This document shows, in pieces, positions 19,530 to 28,615 of a stretch of DNA of 64,000 nt. The notes under the pieces are model-generated. The model was not told the DNA's origin. It made no database searches and saw only the letters and a list, made by a program, of their open reading frames with translations. This stretch comes from Candidatus Nomurabacteria bacterium (GTDB lineage Bacteria; Patescibacteriota; Minisyncoccia; Phycocordibacterales; UBA9973). The stretch lies in contig JBPOHQ010000004.1 of NCBI GenBank assembly GCA_052035405.1, forward strand, positions 6,687 through 70,686. Reading direction: 5' to 3'. Numbering within the stretch: position 1 is the stretch's first letter; the number at the start of each line of letters is the position of its first letter. A program made the translations under genes and the position numbers.

Positions 19530-19784
19530 AATTTGTGGTAAAATCTTACATATGAATAATAAATTAAAAAATAAACAAGGAGGATTTCTTGAGCTCATTG
19601 TAGTACTCATAATAACTTTTTTGATTATGAGATATTACGGAATTACATTCACAGGTATCTTTAATTGGGTAAGAGACCTATTTTTAAGCGTTTGGTAAAA
19701 TCCTTTTATTTATAGCTTTTCTTGTATTAGTAACATACTAAAACATATATTGTGCGACACGATATGTACATAAAGAATGCAATA

Positions 19785-19826
19785 AAAAACACCTTCCCTT
19801 TAATGCTGGCTGAGGTGTTTTTTATT
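19785..19826. terminator. bidirectional rho-independent terminator
   Basis: aaaaacacct … aggtgttttt with an A-run upstream and a T-run downstream. Confidence 0.6.
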
Positions 19827-19983
19827 TAGAAATTTATTTATTTTATCTTTGTAAGAATTTAATATCAGAGTCGTCATCATATGTGTAGTTGTACTGAATT
19901 ACTTGAATATACTTTTAATATTGATTGAAATGGATACTGATACACTAAAAATACGCCCCTATTGCTGTGGCGATTTTTAGTTT

Positions 19984-20322
19984 TTATATGGAATATAACT
20001 CCCCTTTTATTTTTTCTAATTTTTCTATAATTTCTGGATCTGTAATTTTTGTAAATCTTTTAAAAGTTATTCCATCTTTTGTCACGTCGCCCATCCACAT
20101 CTCAAGTGGTCGAAGGTCAAAAAGTTTACCATTTTTATAAACAAAAGCTTCAGGATATAGGGGTCGATATACCACCATACTTGCATCCTCAGGTCTGCAG
20201 TCGTCTTCGGTGTGAAGTCCGACTCCGACCACTTCGTAAGCGTAGTCTGTAATTCCCTTTGCGTCGTCGTGTTTGTAATGATAATAAAATCCTTTCTCTG
20301 GAACTTTTTCTGGTACTTTCAT
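19984..20322 (-). CDS. DUF1653 domain protein
   Basis: YYHYKHDDAKGITDYAYEVVGVGLHTE…VVYRPLY pattern of DUF1653. Confidence 0.55.
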   Translation of the reverse strand: MKVPEKVPEKGFYYHYKHDDAKGITDYAYEVVGVGLHTEDDCRPEDASMVVYRPLYPEAFVYKNGKLFDLRPLEMWMGDVTKDGITFKRFTKITDPEIIEKLEKIKGELYSI

Positions 20323-20341
20323 ATTTTTATTTAATTAATTT

Positions 20342-20791
20342 TTATAATTTCTGACATGAAGTTGATAAAGAGTACCCAGCTTTCTCTGCTTGTTCACTGG
20401 TATCAAAATAGATTCTATTTTGTGTCTTAATACTTTTTCCTGCTGAACAACCTGTAGGATAGTACTTCTTCCCTCTTTTAGATGCAAAAAATTGCTTCAT
20501 GCTTGCAAGTGATACTTGAGTGCTAAGTTCTGGATTTTCTGCTAAAAATTCTGCTGGAGTTCGGGTATTCTCTTCACTCGCAGAGCTTGTATTTAAGCCT
20601 AAAACACTGTTTTCTGACGCTTTTAAAGCGTTTGCACTCTGAGCCTCGTATTGAATACGAATACCCTTATTTTCGTCATTTTTAGACAATCTACCTAGTC
20701 CAAAGGAGGCTAGTCCCACTAAAAGGACTATCAAAACGATAAATACATCTTTCCCCTGCTCACTTTCGATAAAACGCTTGATTTTTTCCAT
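20342..20791 (-). CDS. membrane-anchored protein with a C-terminal Cys-containing Ada-Zn/'sunset'-like domain
   Basis: N-terminal TM. C-terminal KKYYPTGCSAGKSIKTQNRIYFDTSEQAEKAGYSLSTSC. Confidence 0.35.
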   Translation of the reverse strand: MEKIKRFIESEQGKDVFIVLIVLLVGLASFGLGRLSKNDENKGIRIQYEAQSANALKASENSVLGLNTSSASEENTRTPAEFLAENPELSTQVSLASMKQFFASKRGKKYYPTGCSAGKSIKTQNRIYFDTSEQAEKAGYSLSTSCQKL

Positions 20792-20871
20792 TATATTGTA
20801 TATAATCCTCTTACGTTTAAATTCGTATCAATTTATAGATAAATTTTAACATTAAATAAGACTAAAACAAT

Positions 20872-21144
20872 ATGGCACATAGAAAAGCCGGCGGAACCGC
20901 CAAAAACTTAAGAGACTCAAATCCAAAGTACCTTGGTACTAAGCTCACTCATGGACAAGATGCTCAACCTGGATCAGTCATCATCAGACAAAGAGGAACA
21001 AAGATCTTAGCTGGTGCAAACGTTGGTATGGGTAAGGATCACACTCTCTATGCGTTAAAATCTGGAAAGGTTGCATTCAGCTCAAAACGAAAAACTTCTT
21101 TCAATGGTAAGACCATGGTAAAGAAAGTAGTAAACGTAAAATAA
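20872..21144 (+). CDS. rpmA: 50S ribosomal protein L27
   Basis: [22 protein letters not shown]…. Confidence 0.95.
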   Translation: MAHRKAGGTAKNLRDSNPKYLGTKLTHGQDAQPGSVIIRQRGTKILAGANVGMGKDHTLYALKSGKVAFSSKRKTSFNGKTMVKKVVNVK

Positions 21145-21154
21145 AAATTCTAAA

Positions 21155-21187
21155 TAAAAAATCCCTCAATAACTGAGGGATTTTTTA
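21155..21187 (+). terminator. rho-independent terminator
   Basis: tccctca-ataac-tgaggga followed by tttttt. Confidence 0.75.
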
Positions 21188-21197
21188 TTGTTGAGTC

Positions 21198-21752
21198 TTA
21201 TTGTGTAGGCTTCTTTTTTCGCAGTATAAAATATAGAACCATAGAGAGTAGTAATGAATAGTTGATGATCATATAGTATGGATTACCCCAAGATACTCCA
21301 TGTAAAAATTTCCAATCAGACAGTGGAAAGAATAATGGTGTTGGGTAGAACTCTGCAGTATGAGAAAAGATATCTATGAGTATATGGAGTGCCCAGCCAA
21401 GAAGTTCTAATCTTGGTCGTTTGAAGTAAATCCATGTAAGTATAAAAATAGTGAGAAATATAACCAAGCTATGACTGTACTGATAGAGTGTTGGTGCAAG
21501 CTCAAACGCAGATCCTACGGCTCCAGAACTCGCAACACTATGTGGCCCTCTGAATTGAGTAAGGTTGACCCCTTGAAAAATAACCCCATAAAATAAAGCT
21601 ATAAAGGGTATCGTAAAAGCAAAAAAGTCCGGAAAAACTCCCCAGAAAGCAGTCCAGCTTGGAGAAATTTTTGGTTTAGATTCTACTTCAAACTTATCAT
21701 TTAATTTTTTAGCTCCGGCTCCTGCCCAGAGTGCGTGTGCGAATATATCCAT
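21198..21752 (-). CDS. membrane protein (possibly YdjM/DUF457-like membrane-bound hydrolase)
   Basis: MDIFAHALW N-terminus, four TM helices and conserved His residues. Confidence 0.3.
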   Translation of the reverse strand: MDIFAHALWAGAGAKKLNDKFEVESKPKISPSWTAFWGVFPDFFAFTIPFIALFYGVIFQGVNLTQFRGPHSVASSGAVGSAFELAPTLYQYSHSLVIFLTIFILTWIYFKRPRLELLGWALHILIDIFSHTAEFYPTPLFFPLSDWKFLHGVSWGNPYYMIINYSLLLSMVLYFILRKKKPTQ

Positions 21753-21756
21753 ATTG

Positions 21757-22200
21757 CTACAGAGCTTTTACTATTAGCGTAAAAGATGATTTCTTGCCTT
21801 TTATTTCTACTGGAATTATGAATTCCCCCACCTCTTTTATTGGTTTTTCTAAGGTTATGAATTCTTCACTTATTTCAGCATGATGCTCTGCCTGCATGGC
21901 TTCAAGAATTTCTTTTTTGTGAATTGCCTTAAAGAGACTTCCCTTTTCGTTTGCTTTACCTGTAATACTGACTACTTTGCCTTTGATTGCTTCTAAATTC
22001 TTGTTTAATAGTTCTTCTTGGACTTGTCTCTCTACAACAATTTCTTTCTTTTTAATTTCAAGTTCCTTTTCGGCTTGTACTGTAGCAAGAACTGCTAATT
22101 TATTAGGAAAAAGAAAATTCAAGGCATAGCCGTCGTTCACATTCTTCATTTCATGTTTTCGTCCTACTCGAGGTACGTCTTTTATAAATATAACTTTCAT
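21757..22200 (-). CDS. rplI: 50S ribosomal protein L9
   Basis: [32 protein letters not shown]…. Confidence 0.9.
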   Translation of the reverse strand: MKVIFIKDVPRVGRKHEMKNVNDGYALNFLFPNKLAVLATVQAEKELEIKKKEIVVERQVQEELLNKNLEAIKGKVVSITGKANEKGSLFKAIHKKEILEAMQAEHHAEISEEFITLEKPIKEVGEFIIPVEIKGKKSSFTLIVKAL

Positions 22201-22209
22201 ACTGGTATC

Positions 22210-23472
22210 TTACTGCCAATTCATTAATAATTCAATAGCTTTATCTTGCTGAGGATCTTTCTTTGCTTCTGCGTCCTTTCTTGTAAAAGGAACCACATAA
22301 TCTGGAGTCAATCCTTTCTCTGAGATAGATTGTCCTTTGGGAGTAAGCCATTTTGCAACGGTTATCTTAAGAATAGTATCAGGAGTAATATCAACTACTT
22401 CTTGTACTGTTCCTTTACCAAAACTTTGTTCTCCGACAAGTTTCGCACGATTGTAGTCCTGCATTGCTCCTGCGAGAATTTCAGATGCACTTGCTGAACC
22501 ACCATCTATTAAAATTACAAATCTCAAAGAGTCATTGAATACGTTATATCCAGCACTCCTGTATTTACTCTCCTTTGTGTTGTTTCCATAGTCTTCTATG
22601 ACAACAGTCTTACCACTTGGCAAGAACCAAGAGGCCATATCAACGGCTGCATCAAGATATCCTCCTGGATTACCCCGCAGATCAAGCAAGAGTTTGTCGC
22701 TTTTTGATTCTGCAAATTTTCTAATTGCTCCACGGAAAAGCTCAGCTGAATTTGCTGAGAAGCTGTAAAGCTTAATAACAAAAATACCATCACTTCTTAA
22801 TTCAGTATCGAGGGTAGGTACATTAATGACATCTCTTACAATACTAATTTCTTTTGGTTCGGTATCCCCTTCACGGAATATAGTTAATTTTACAGTAGTA
22901 CCTTTTTCACCACGGATTAATTTAATTGCCTTCTCTATGGACATATCTTCTGTGGTTGTGCCATCAATTTTTAGAATTTTATCTCCAGACTTCATGCCTG
23001 CTTTATAGGCTGGTGTATCTTTAAGTGGAGCAATGACCGTTAAAATTTTTTCTTTAATTCCGACTTCCATTCCTGCACCAGTAAAATTTCCAGCTATATC
23101 ATCTTCAAAGAGTTGTTTCTCGTCTGGTTTAAAGAAAACGCTATAAGGATCATTTAGAGAATTTACGAGGCCTGAAATGGCTCCGTATAGTTTATCTTGA
23201 TCACTAACATTCTTCGCACTAGGATTTTTTTCGTTGATAGTGTTCCAGACTTTCCAGAATGTACTGAAATCGGCGTCTGTGTGAGATGCACTTTCTCCTC
23301 CAGGTAATGCTGGAGTGCTGTCTATGATATTTTCTTTATTTTTTCCAAAGTAAAATCCAGCCCCAAAAAATACAACCAACAAGACAACGATAGCTACATT
23401 TTTTTTAATTGTTGTTGTGAAATCTTTTTGATTCATATTTATAAACTTAAAATTGCTCAGGTTCTTGTGCAA
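22210..23472 (-). CDS. ctpA: S41 family C-terminal processing peptidase
   Basis: PDZ domain (GMKSGDKILKIDG) and LDLRGNPGGYLDAAV catalytic region. Confidence 0.85.
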   Translation of the reverse strand: MHKNLSNFKFINMNQKDFTTTIKKNVAIVVLLVVFFGAGFYFGKNKENIIDSTPALPGGESASHTDADFSTFWKVWNTINEKNPSAKNVSDQDKLYGAISGLVNSLNDPYSVFFKPDEKQLFEDDIAGNFTGAGMEVGIKEKILTVIAPLKDTPAYKAGMKSGDKILKIDGTTTEDMSIEKAIKLIRGEKGTTVKLTIFREGDTEPKEISIVRDVINVPTLDTELRSDGIFVIKLYSFSANSAELFRGAIRKFAESKSDKLLLDLRGNPGGYLDAAVDMASWFLPSGKTVVIEDYGNNTKESKYRSAGYNVFNDSLRFVILIDGGSASASEILAGAMQDYNRAKLVGEQSFGKGTVQEVVDITPDTILKITVAKWLTPKGQSISEKGLTPDYVVPFTRKDAEAKKDPQQDKAIELLMNWQ

Positions 23473-23725
23473 ACTGCTCGTTTACCTCAGGTCTAACCTT
23501 CCTTATTTCTTTTATTTTTGGAGGCATGCTTTCTGAAAAATTGTCGTATTTTCTTGCAGGGTGTGTTTTTTTAAATCTTGTTTCTTTGTATACTACAAAA
23601 CTTATATATACAATAAAAAGACCAGTAATACTGAATAAAATACTTTTCAATCCATATGGAAATCCTAAATAAGGAAGAATCGCTACCCAAATACCTATAA
23701 TTAAAAGTAATCTTGCTTTTAGCAT
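23447..23725 (-). CDS. small membrane protein, hypothetical
   Basis: Two TM helices. No recognisable motif. Confidence 0.3.
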   Translation of the reverse strand: MLKARLLLIIGIWVAILPYLGFPYGLKSILFSITGLFIVYISFVVYKETRFKKTHPARKYDNFSESMPPKIKEIRKVRPEVNEQFAQEPEQF

Positions 23726-23750
23726 TTAGACATTATACTAGAGAAGCAAC

Positions 23751-24806
23751 CTAATTTGCAATGAAGGTGCTATTTGTATTATCTAAAGGCAGTTCTATTT
23801 TTAAATCAAAAACTTGTATATTAAAGAATAGTAAGATTACGATGGCACCCATTAACGCAAGTCCTCTTACCATTATGATTGGATGTTGTATTTCAGATTT
23901 AATAAAGAAAGTAATCAACAGGACTAACGTAAGAATAAGAGCAATAAATCCATACACATAAGCAACAGATTTTCTTGGAGTTGTTGCTGCGTCTTGGAAG
24001 AACAGTTTTGTATCAGAAGTTTTTTGCACTTCTATCTTTTTTATTGGAGTAGCAGGTATCACCTCTGTTTTGGCTACTTTCTTTGTATTCTTTAAGACTG
24101 GTGCTTCTTCTCCCAAAACTTTATTTTCTGAAGGTGTTACTACTGTTGGTGGAGTTTGTTTTACAACTGTCGGTGCATTCACTACTGGAGTAGATTTTGG
24201 TTCTTCGGTTTTTTTCGTCACTATCGCTGGAGCAGGCCTTGGTGTTCCAAAGAACTGGACGACGAAAACGGTATTTCTTCCTTCGTACATACCACTTGCT
24301 ACCGCTATACCTATCTCCGTGTAATCTTTCTTTACTATGTTTGCTCTATGGCTTGGAGAATTCATCCAAGCTTGGGCTACTTCGTCAGATTCAAAGAAGT
24401 TTACTGCAAGGTTTTCTCCTGCATAGCTATATTTGTAGCCTACTTGTTCAAGCCAATACCAAGGAGTTTTACCGTCTGGGGTATTGTGTGAGAAATATCC
24501 ACGAGCGGCCATATCATTTGCTTTGAGTTGAGCCGCTTGTGTCAGTAAATTATTTTCTTTTAAGTCAGGCAGGCTATTGCTCTCTCTCTGGTTGTTGGTC
24601 AGGCTCGTTAGCACTCCAGGTAACACTGAGGCTAAAAATTTTGTCTTGTCAAATACAATAAATACTTGAGCCAGAAAAGCGAGTTCTACAATAATAATAA
24701 TCAAGAAAAAAACGAGCATGGATTCATGCCGGAGTAAATGAGGCTTGTATTCGTTGCCCTTGTGTGGGACAAAATGATTTTTTATATGTCTAAAAAACCT
24801 ATTCAT
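23751..24806 (-). CDS. CAP (SCP/PR-1-like) domain protein, membrane-anchored
   Basis: …ARGYFSHNTPDGKTPW…GENLA…SPSHRANI CAP motifs. TM helices at both ends. Confidence 0.7.
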   Translation of the reverse strand: MNRFFRHIKNHFVPHKGNEYKPHLLRHESMLVFFLIIIIVELAFLAQVFIVFDKTKFLASVLPGVLTSLTNNQRESNSLPDLKENNLLTQAAQLKANDMAARGYFSHNTPDGKTPWYWLEQVGYKYSYAGENLAVNFFESDEVAQAWMNSPSHRANIVKKDYTEIGIAVASGMYEGRNTVFVVQFFGTPRPAPAIVTKKTEEPKSTPVVNAPTVVKQTPPTVVTPSENKVLGEEAPVLKNTKKVAKTEVIPATPIKKIEVQKTSDTKLFFQDAATTPRKSVAYVYGFIALILTLVLLITFFIKSEIQHPIIMVRGLALMGAIVILLFFNIQVFDLKIELPLDNTNSTFIAN

Positions 24807-24886
24807 ATATGTTGTATATTATATAACAAATAAAATACACCGTCAATAAACGGTGTATTTTAGATTCAGCTATATTCCGTAAGCTG

Positions 24887-27800
24887 TTAAGGAAGCTGAG
24901 GAATAGGAAGATTTAAATCAGCGCACTTAATGAGATTTATCTTTCTTTTTGTTGTCTTGTATACATTTCCTGTTCCCTTCTCGCTCTTGAGTCCAAAAGG
25001 TTTCCAAGGGATAAGCACTTCGTCTAAGTATTTTACCTGGAAAGCTTTAACTGCATCACGAGTAGTCTTGCCATACACTCCGTCCACAGTAAGTGTGAGT
25101 CCTAGATGTTCATTTAAGAAAGATTGTAACAACTTAACTTGCTCTGGATTATTTTTTCTTCCAAAGAATAAATAGTCATTTAAGTAGATAGTGCTACACA
25201 TTGTTGTACTTGCACCAAGGACCTGTCCCGCTTCTTTCTTTTCTTCTACAGGGGCTTCAGTAGACGCACCAAGTACTTGAGGAGTACCGCTACCTAATCC
25301 ACTACTTCCTGAACCTGGAGTAGGTATTACATAATCATAATTTATGAAAGTACATATTTTTGTTTCACCTGCTGCAATGACCACATTAGAACAACCTTCG
25401 TTTGAAATTTGATAGTATCCATCTGCTAGGTTTTCAGTGATTGTGTATGTACCTGGTTGTACGGTCACTGTATTTTGTCCTGTAAGAGAATTTTCATCTT
25501 CGTCAGTATCCAAGAATGGAGTTGAACCTTCTTGGCCAGTTACAGTGAATGAAAAATCTGTTGCATTTTTTGTTCCTCCTTCATCATTTACAACAACTTT
25601 CCTTACAATAATAGTAGCGACTTCTTGTGCAATGACATCATCACAATCTTCATTTACAACAATAATATATTGATCTGTAGTGAAGTTGGTAAGTACAGGT
25701 GCTACGGAAGAAGTTTCCATAAGTAAAGCTGAATTTAATGAACCACCTGATTTATAACCAACAAGTCTGTATGTGTTCGGCATGCATTGTGCACCAACAG
25801 GTAGAACGTAGGCAACATCGTTTTCTTCAACAGAAGTTCTTTCGTATGTGGTGTATGAAACAACAGGAGCAGTCATGGCTGTAGTGTCAGCAGCGTATTT
25901 GAGAGTTTCTTGACCATGATAATTTCCTAAAACATAATTTCCTGTACCCTCTCCTCCTAGATTACTTGCATTCCAAGAAGCTGTCATAGGGAAAGGAGTG
26001 ATACTAGATTCATTTGAAACTTGAGATAAAGATTCTACTCCTTTGAGGTATTTTAGAACATGAACCTTTACTTGGGTTGGTTCCGGAGTTACACATTCAT
26101 TTTGGTGAATTGTAAGTTTGTAGAGTAATCCAGCTGGGTTTACTCCGGTGTAACCTTCAGGTTTTGATTGATTAGTAACTGTAAATGTAATTATATTTGT
26201 TCCACTTACTAATATTGAAGCTGGGACTGTCCAACTATCTACACTTGTAAAGTTATCTGAATCTGTTCCTGAGGTAAGTGTGTCTAGAGTAGTTCCATTT
26301 ACTACTACAGTATAAGTATTATCAGCTGCAACTTCTAAAGTTGAATCAAGCGGTGTGCCTGTTATTGTGAAATTTTTACTAAATACTTTTGTTCCAATTG
26401 ATGCAGACAAAACATTGTCTCCATCTAATGCTGAGGCATCACTCCAGATCCAAGTAGCTCCTTCGATTGATACGTATGCTGGGTGAGGTTCTATCGCTAG
26501 AGCATCGTGTTCATCTACCTGTGTCATTGTATTACTAACTACAGTTGTAGTAGCGTCTTCGGCACACATAGGTTCTGGAGTATTGTCGATTGTTATTTTC
26601 CATGGAGTAGTCCAACTACTTGAATTCATGGCAGAATCAAGAGCTTTTACGTGCCAGTAATATACACCTTCAGGTGTTCCTGGAGTTGGTATTTCTGAAG
26701 TTGAAAGAGGAACAGAAGTATATACAGGAGTTGTAAATGAACCATCTATATTAGTATCCATTCCATTTGAGGCTTGATATATATAAGAAATAGGTAAAGC
26801 CCAATTTACAACATCACTCCAGTCAATTAAAGTTTGTTCTGCGGTAGTTCGTGTACTATTGTCTGCTGGAGAAACATGTACCGGTAATGGAACACAAGTT
26901 CTATTCCAAACAATTATAAATTTATCACTTGTTAAGTCTGTGAAAGCAGGTACAGTAAGACTTTTTGTTCCAGCAACAGCTTCTTCTAAAGTATTACCAA
27001 TGCTGTATCCAGATAAAACATAAGGAGATTCTGTAGTACAACTTGTTGCCACATCTTCGTACGTACTGTAGTCTGCACCAGTGGTCATATCTGATGTTGT
27101 TGCTTGATAAGGATTAGGGTTATTAAAACCAGTAGAGCTGAGAGTGTAATTACCAGAACCTGTACCAATATTTTCAGCACTCCAAGAAGCTACCATAGGG
27201 AAAGAAGCGTTACTGGTGTTTTCCGCAGTTGCTGGGATGTCGTTTATATATTTAGCAATTGTAACTTTTACAAAAGCAGGTAGTGGTGCTGGTTCAAAAT
27301 CGTATGTGGTAATGAGACTGTCTGTGTTGACAATAACATTGTCAAAATACCCATCAAGACCTAGGTCGCTTGCAGATGTATCTCCTAAGTTCAATGCAAA
27401 TGCACGAATGTTTGATCCTGCACTTAATGTATTCATGTCAGCTGGAACAGAAGGACATGTAAATGGTGAAGCATTTCCACCAGCTCGAGTAGTTACTGGA
27501 TATGACATGGTTGGATCAAAGGTAACTGTAGTAAAGCCACCAGTTGAACCTATTGTTGGAACAATATTGTATCGACAGTCGTAATATTTTAAATCGTCAG
27601 ATACCCCAAAGTTCGCGTATACATTCATATAAAACTGTTCTTCTTCTGTGTCTACACCTCCAGCACCAATTTTAAAATCATAAGAAATAGAATTGATATC
27701 TGAGATAGGAGTATTTAAGAAATTTTCTGCAACCATTTTATCAGAAGGATTTGAGCCGATAGGTAAAACGTTCAAGCTACCAGTTCCAATACTTGCTGCA

Positions 27801-28474
27801 TTAGTATTAAAAGTAAAAGGAGTTGAAGTTGAAAGATCTCGATTAAACATCCAGCCAGGTTGATTCTCTCCAGCTGCGGTATTGCCTGTAACTACTACTG
27901 TTGTAGTAGGAGTAGGAAGTGTGTATGTAACAACTGCTTCAATAGCACCTACGCGAACAATATTACCCGTGCCAATTTTTAAGACTCCTATTTCTAAAGT
28001 GGTTGTACCAGATTTTACGGTGTCAGCAACATTGATAGTTTGGGTTTTAGCTGAACTGCATGTCGTAAGAGGAATTACTGGTAAGTTAGTAGATGTTAAG
28101 TTGACTCCGTTATCAGTATTTACTCCGTTTAAACGAGTAAAAGTTCTGTAAGTACCACCGTTGTTAAACACTCCACTTCGATCATGAGTAGTTACATCGA
28201 CTGATGTAATAGTACTACCGTCTGGGATAGAAGATAAGTCTAAAGTAAAAGATTGTCGGGTATTCCCTACTCCACTGATTACAGAATCAGTGGCACTGCA
28301 ATTAAAATTGCTTGTTTCATCTACATCTACTTTTGAACCAGTCCAAGCTGTGTATGTTCCATTTGCTATAACATTCAATGTGCTTGTTGTAGCAGCTGAT
28401 GCTCGACTTGGAGTAAAAGAAAACATTCCAAAAACCATTACAAAAACCAAAAAGCCAGAGAGATATTTCTTCAT
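24887..28474 (-). CDS. large secreted surface protein with a C-terminal peptidoglycan-binding (PG_binding_1-like) domain
   Basis: Signal peptide and 1195 aa, Thr/Ser/Asn-rich beta-rich modules. Two internally duplicated ~110-aa modules (KVTIAKYINDIP… and KVHVLKYLKGVE…). C-terminal LQSFLNEHLGLTLTVDGVYGKTTRDAVKAFQ. Confidence 0.65.
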   Translation of the reverse strand: MKKYLSGFLVFVMVFGMFSFTPSRASAATTSTLNVIANGTYTAWTGSKVDVDETSNFNCSATDSVISGVGNTRQSFTLDLSSIPDGSTITSVDVTTHDRSGVFNNGGTYRTFTRLNGVNTDNGVNLTSTNLPVIPLTTCSSAKTQTINVADTVKSGTTTLEIGVLKIGTGNIVRVGAIEAVVTYTLPTPTTTVVVTGNTAAGENQPGWMFNRDLSTSTPFTFNTNAASIGTGSLNVLPIGSNPSDKMVAENFLNTPISDINSISYDFKIGAGGVDTEEEQFYMNVYANFGVSDDLKYYDCRYNIVPTIGSTGGFTTVTFDPTMSYPVTTRAGGNASPFTCPSVPADMNTLSAGSNIRAFALNLGDTSASDLGLDGYFDNVIVNTDSLITTYDFEPAPLPAFVKVTIAKYINDIPATAENTSNASFPMVASWSAENIGTGSGNYTLSSTGFNNPNPYQATTSDMTTGADYSTYEDVATSCTTESPYVLSGYSIGNTLEEAVAGTKSLTVPAFTDLTSDKFIIVWNRTCVPLPVHVSPADNSTRTTAEQTLIDWSDVVNWALPISYIYQASNGMDTNIDGSFTTPVYTSVPLSTSEIPTPGTPEGVYYWHVKALDSAMNSSSWTTPWKITIDNTPEPMCAEDATTTVVSNTMTQVDEHDALAIEPHPAYVSIEGATWIWSDASALDGDNVLSASIGTKVFSKNFTITGTPLDSTLEVAADNTYTVVVNGTTLDTLTSGTDSDNFTSVDSWTVPASILVSGTNIITFTVTNQSKPEGYTGVNPAGLLYKLTIHQNECVTPEPTQVKVHVLKYLKGVESLSQVSNESSITPFPMTASWNASNLGGEGTGNYVLGNYHGQETLKYAADTTAMTAPVVSYTTYERTSVEENDVAYVLPVGAQCMPNTYRLVGYKSGGSLNSALLMETSSVAPVLTNFTTDQYIIVVNEDCDDVIAQEVATIIVRKVVVNDEGGTKNATDFSFTVTGQEGSTPFLDTDEDENSLTGQNTVTVQPGTYTITENLADGYYQISNEGCSNVVIAAGETKICTFINYDYVIPTPGSGSSGLGSGTPQVLGASTEAPVEEKKEAGQVLGASTTMCSTIYLNDYLFFGRKNNPEQVKLLQSFLNEHLGLTLTVDGVYGKTTRDAVKAFQVKYLDEVLIPWKPFGLKSEKGTGNVYKTTKRKINLIKCADLNLPIPQLP

Positions 28475-28615
28475 AAAAAATTCAACTAAATAATTTAATA
28501 CTTACTAATAATAAATAATACAAAAACTCAAAAAACTCCGTAATTACCTTTACAGTAGCATACTTAGAGATATAGTCAATAAAAACTAGGGATAGCTAAA
28601 TCTGTGTTTTTTGTC

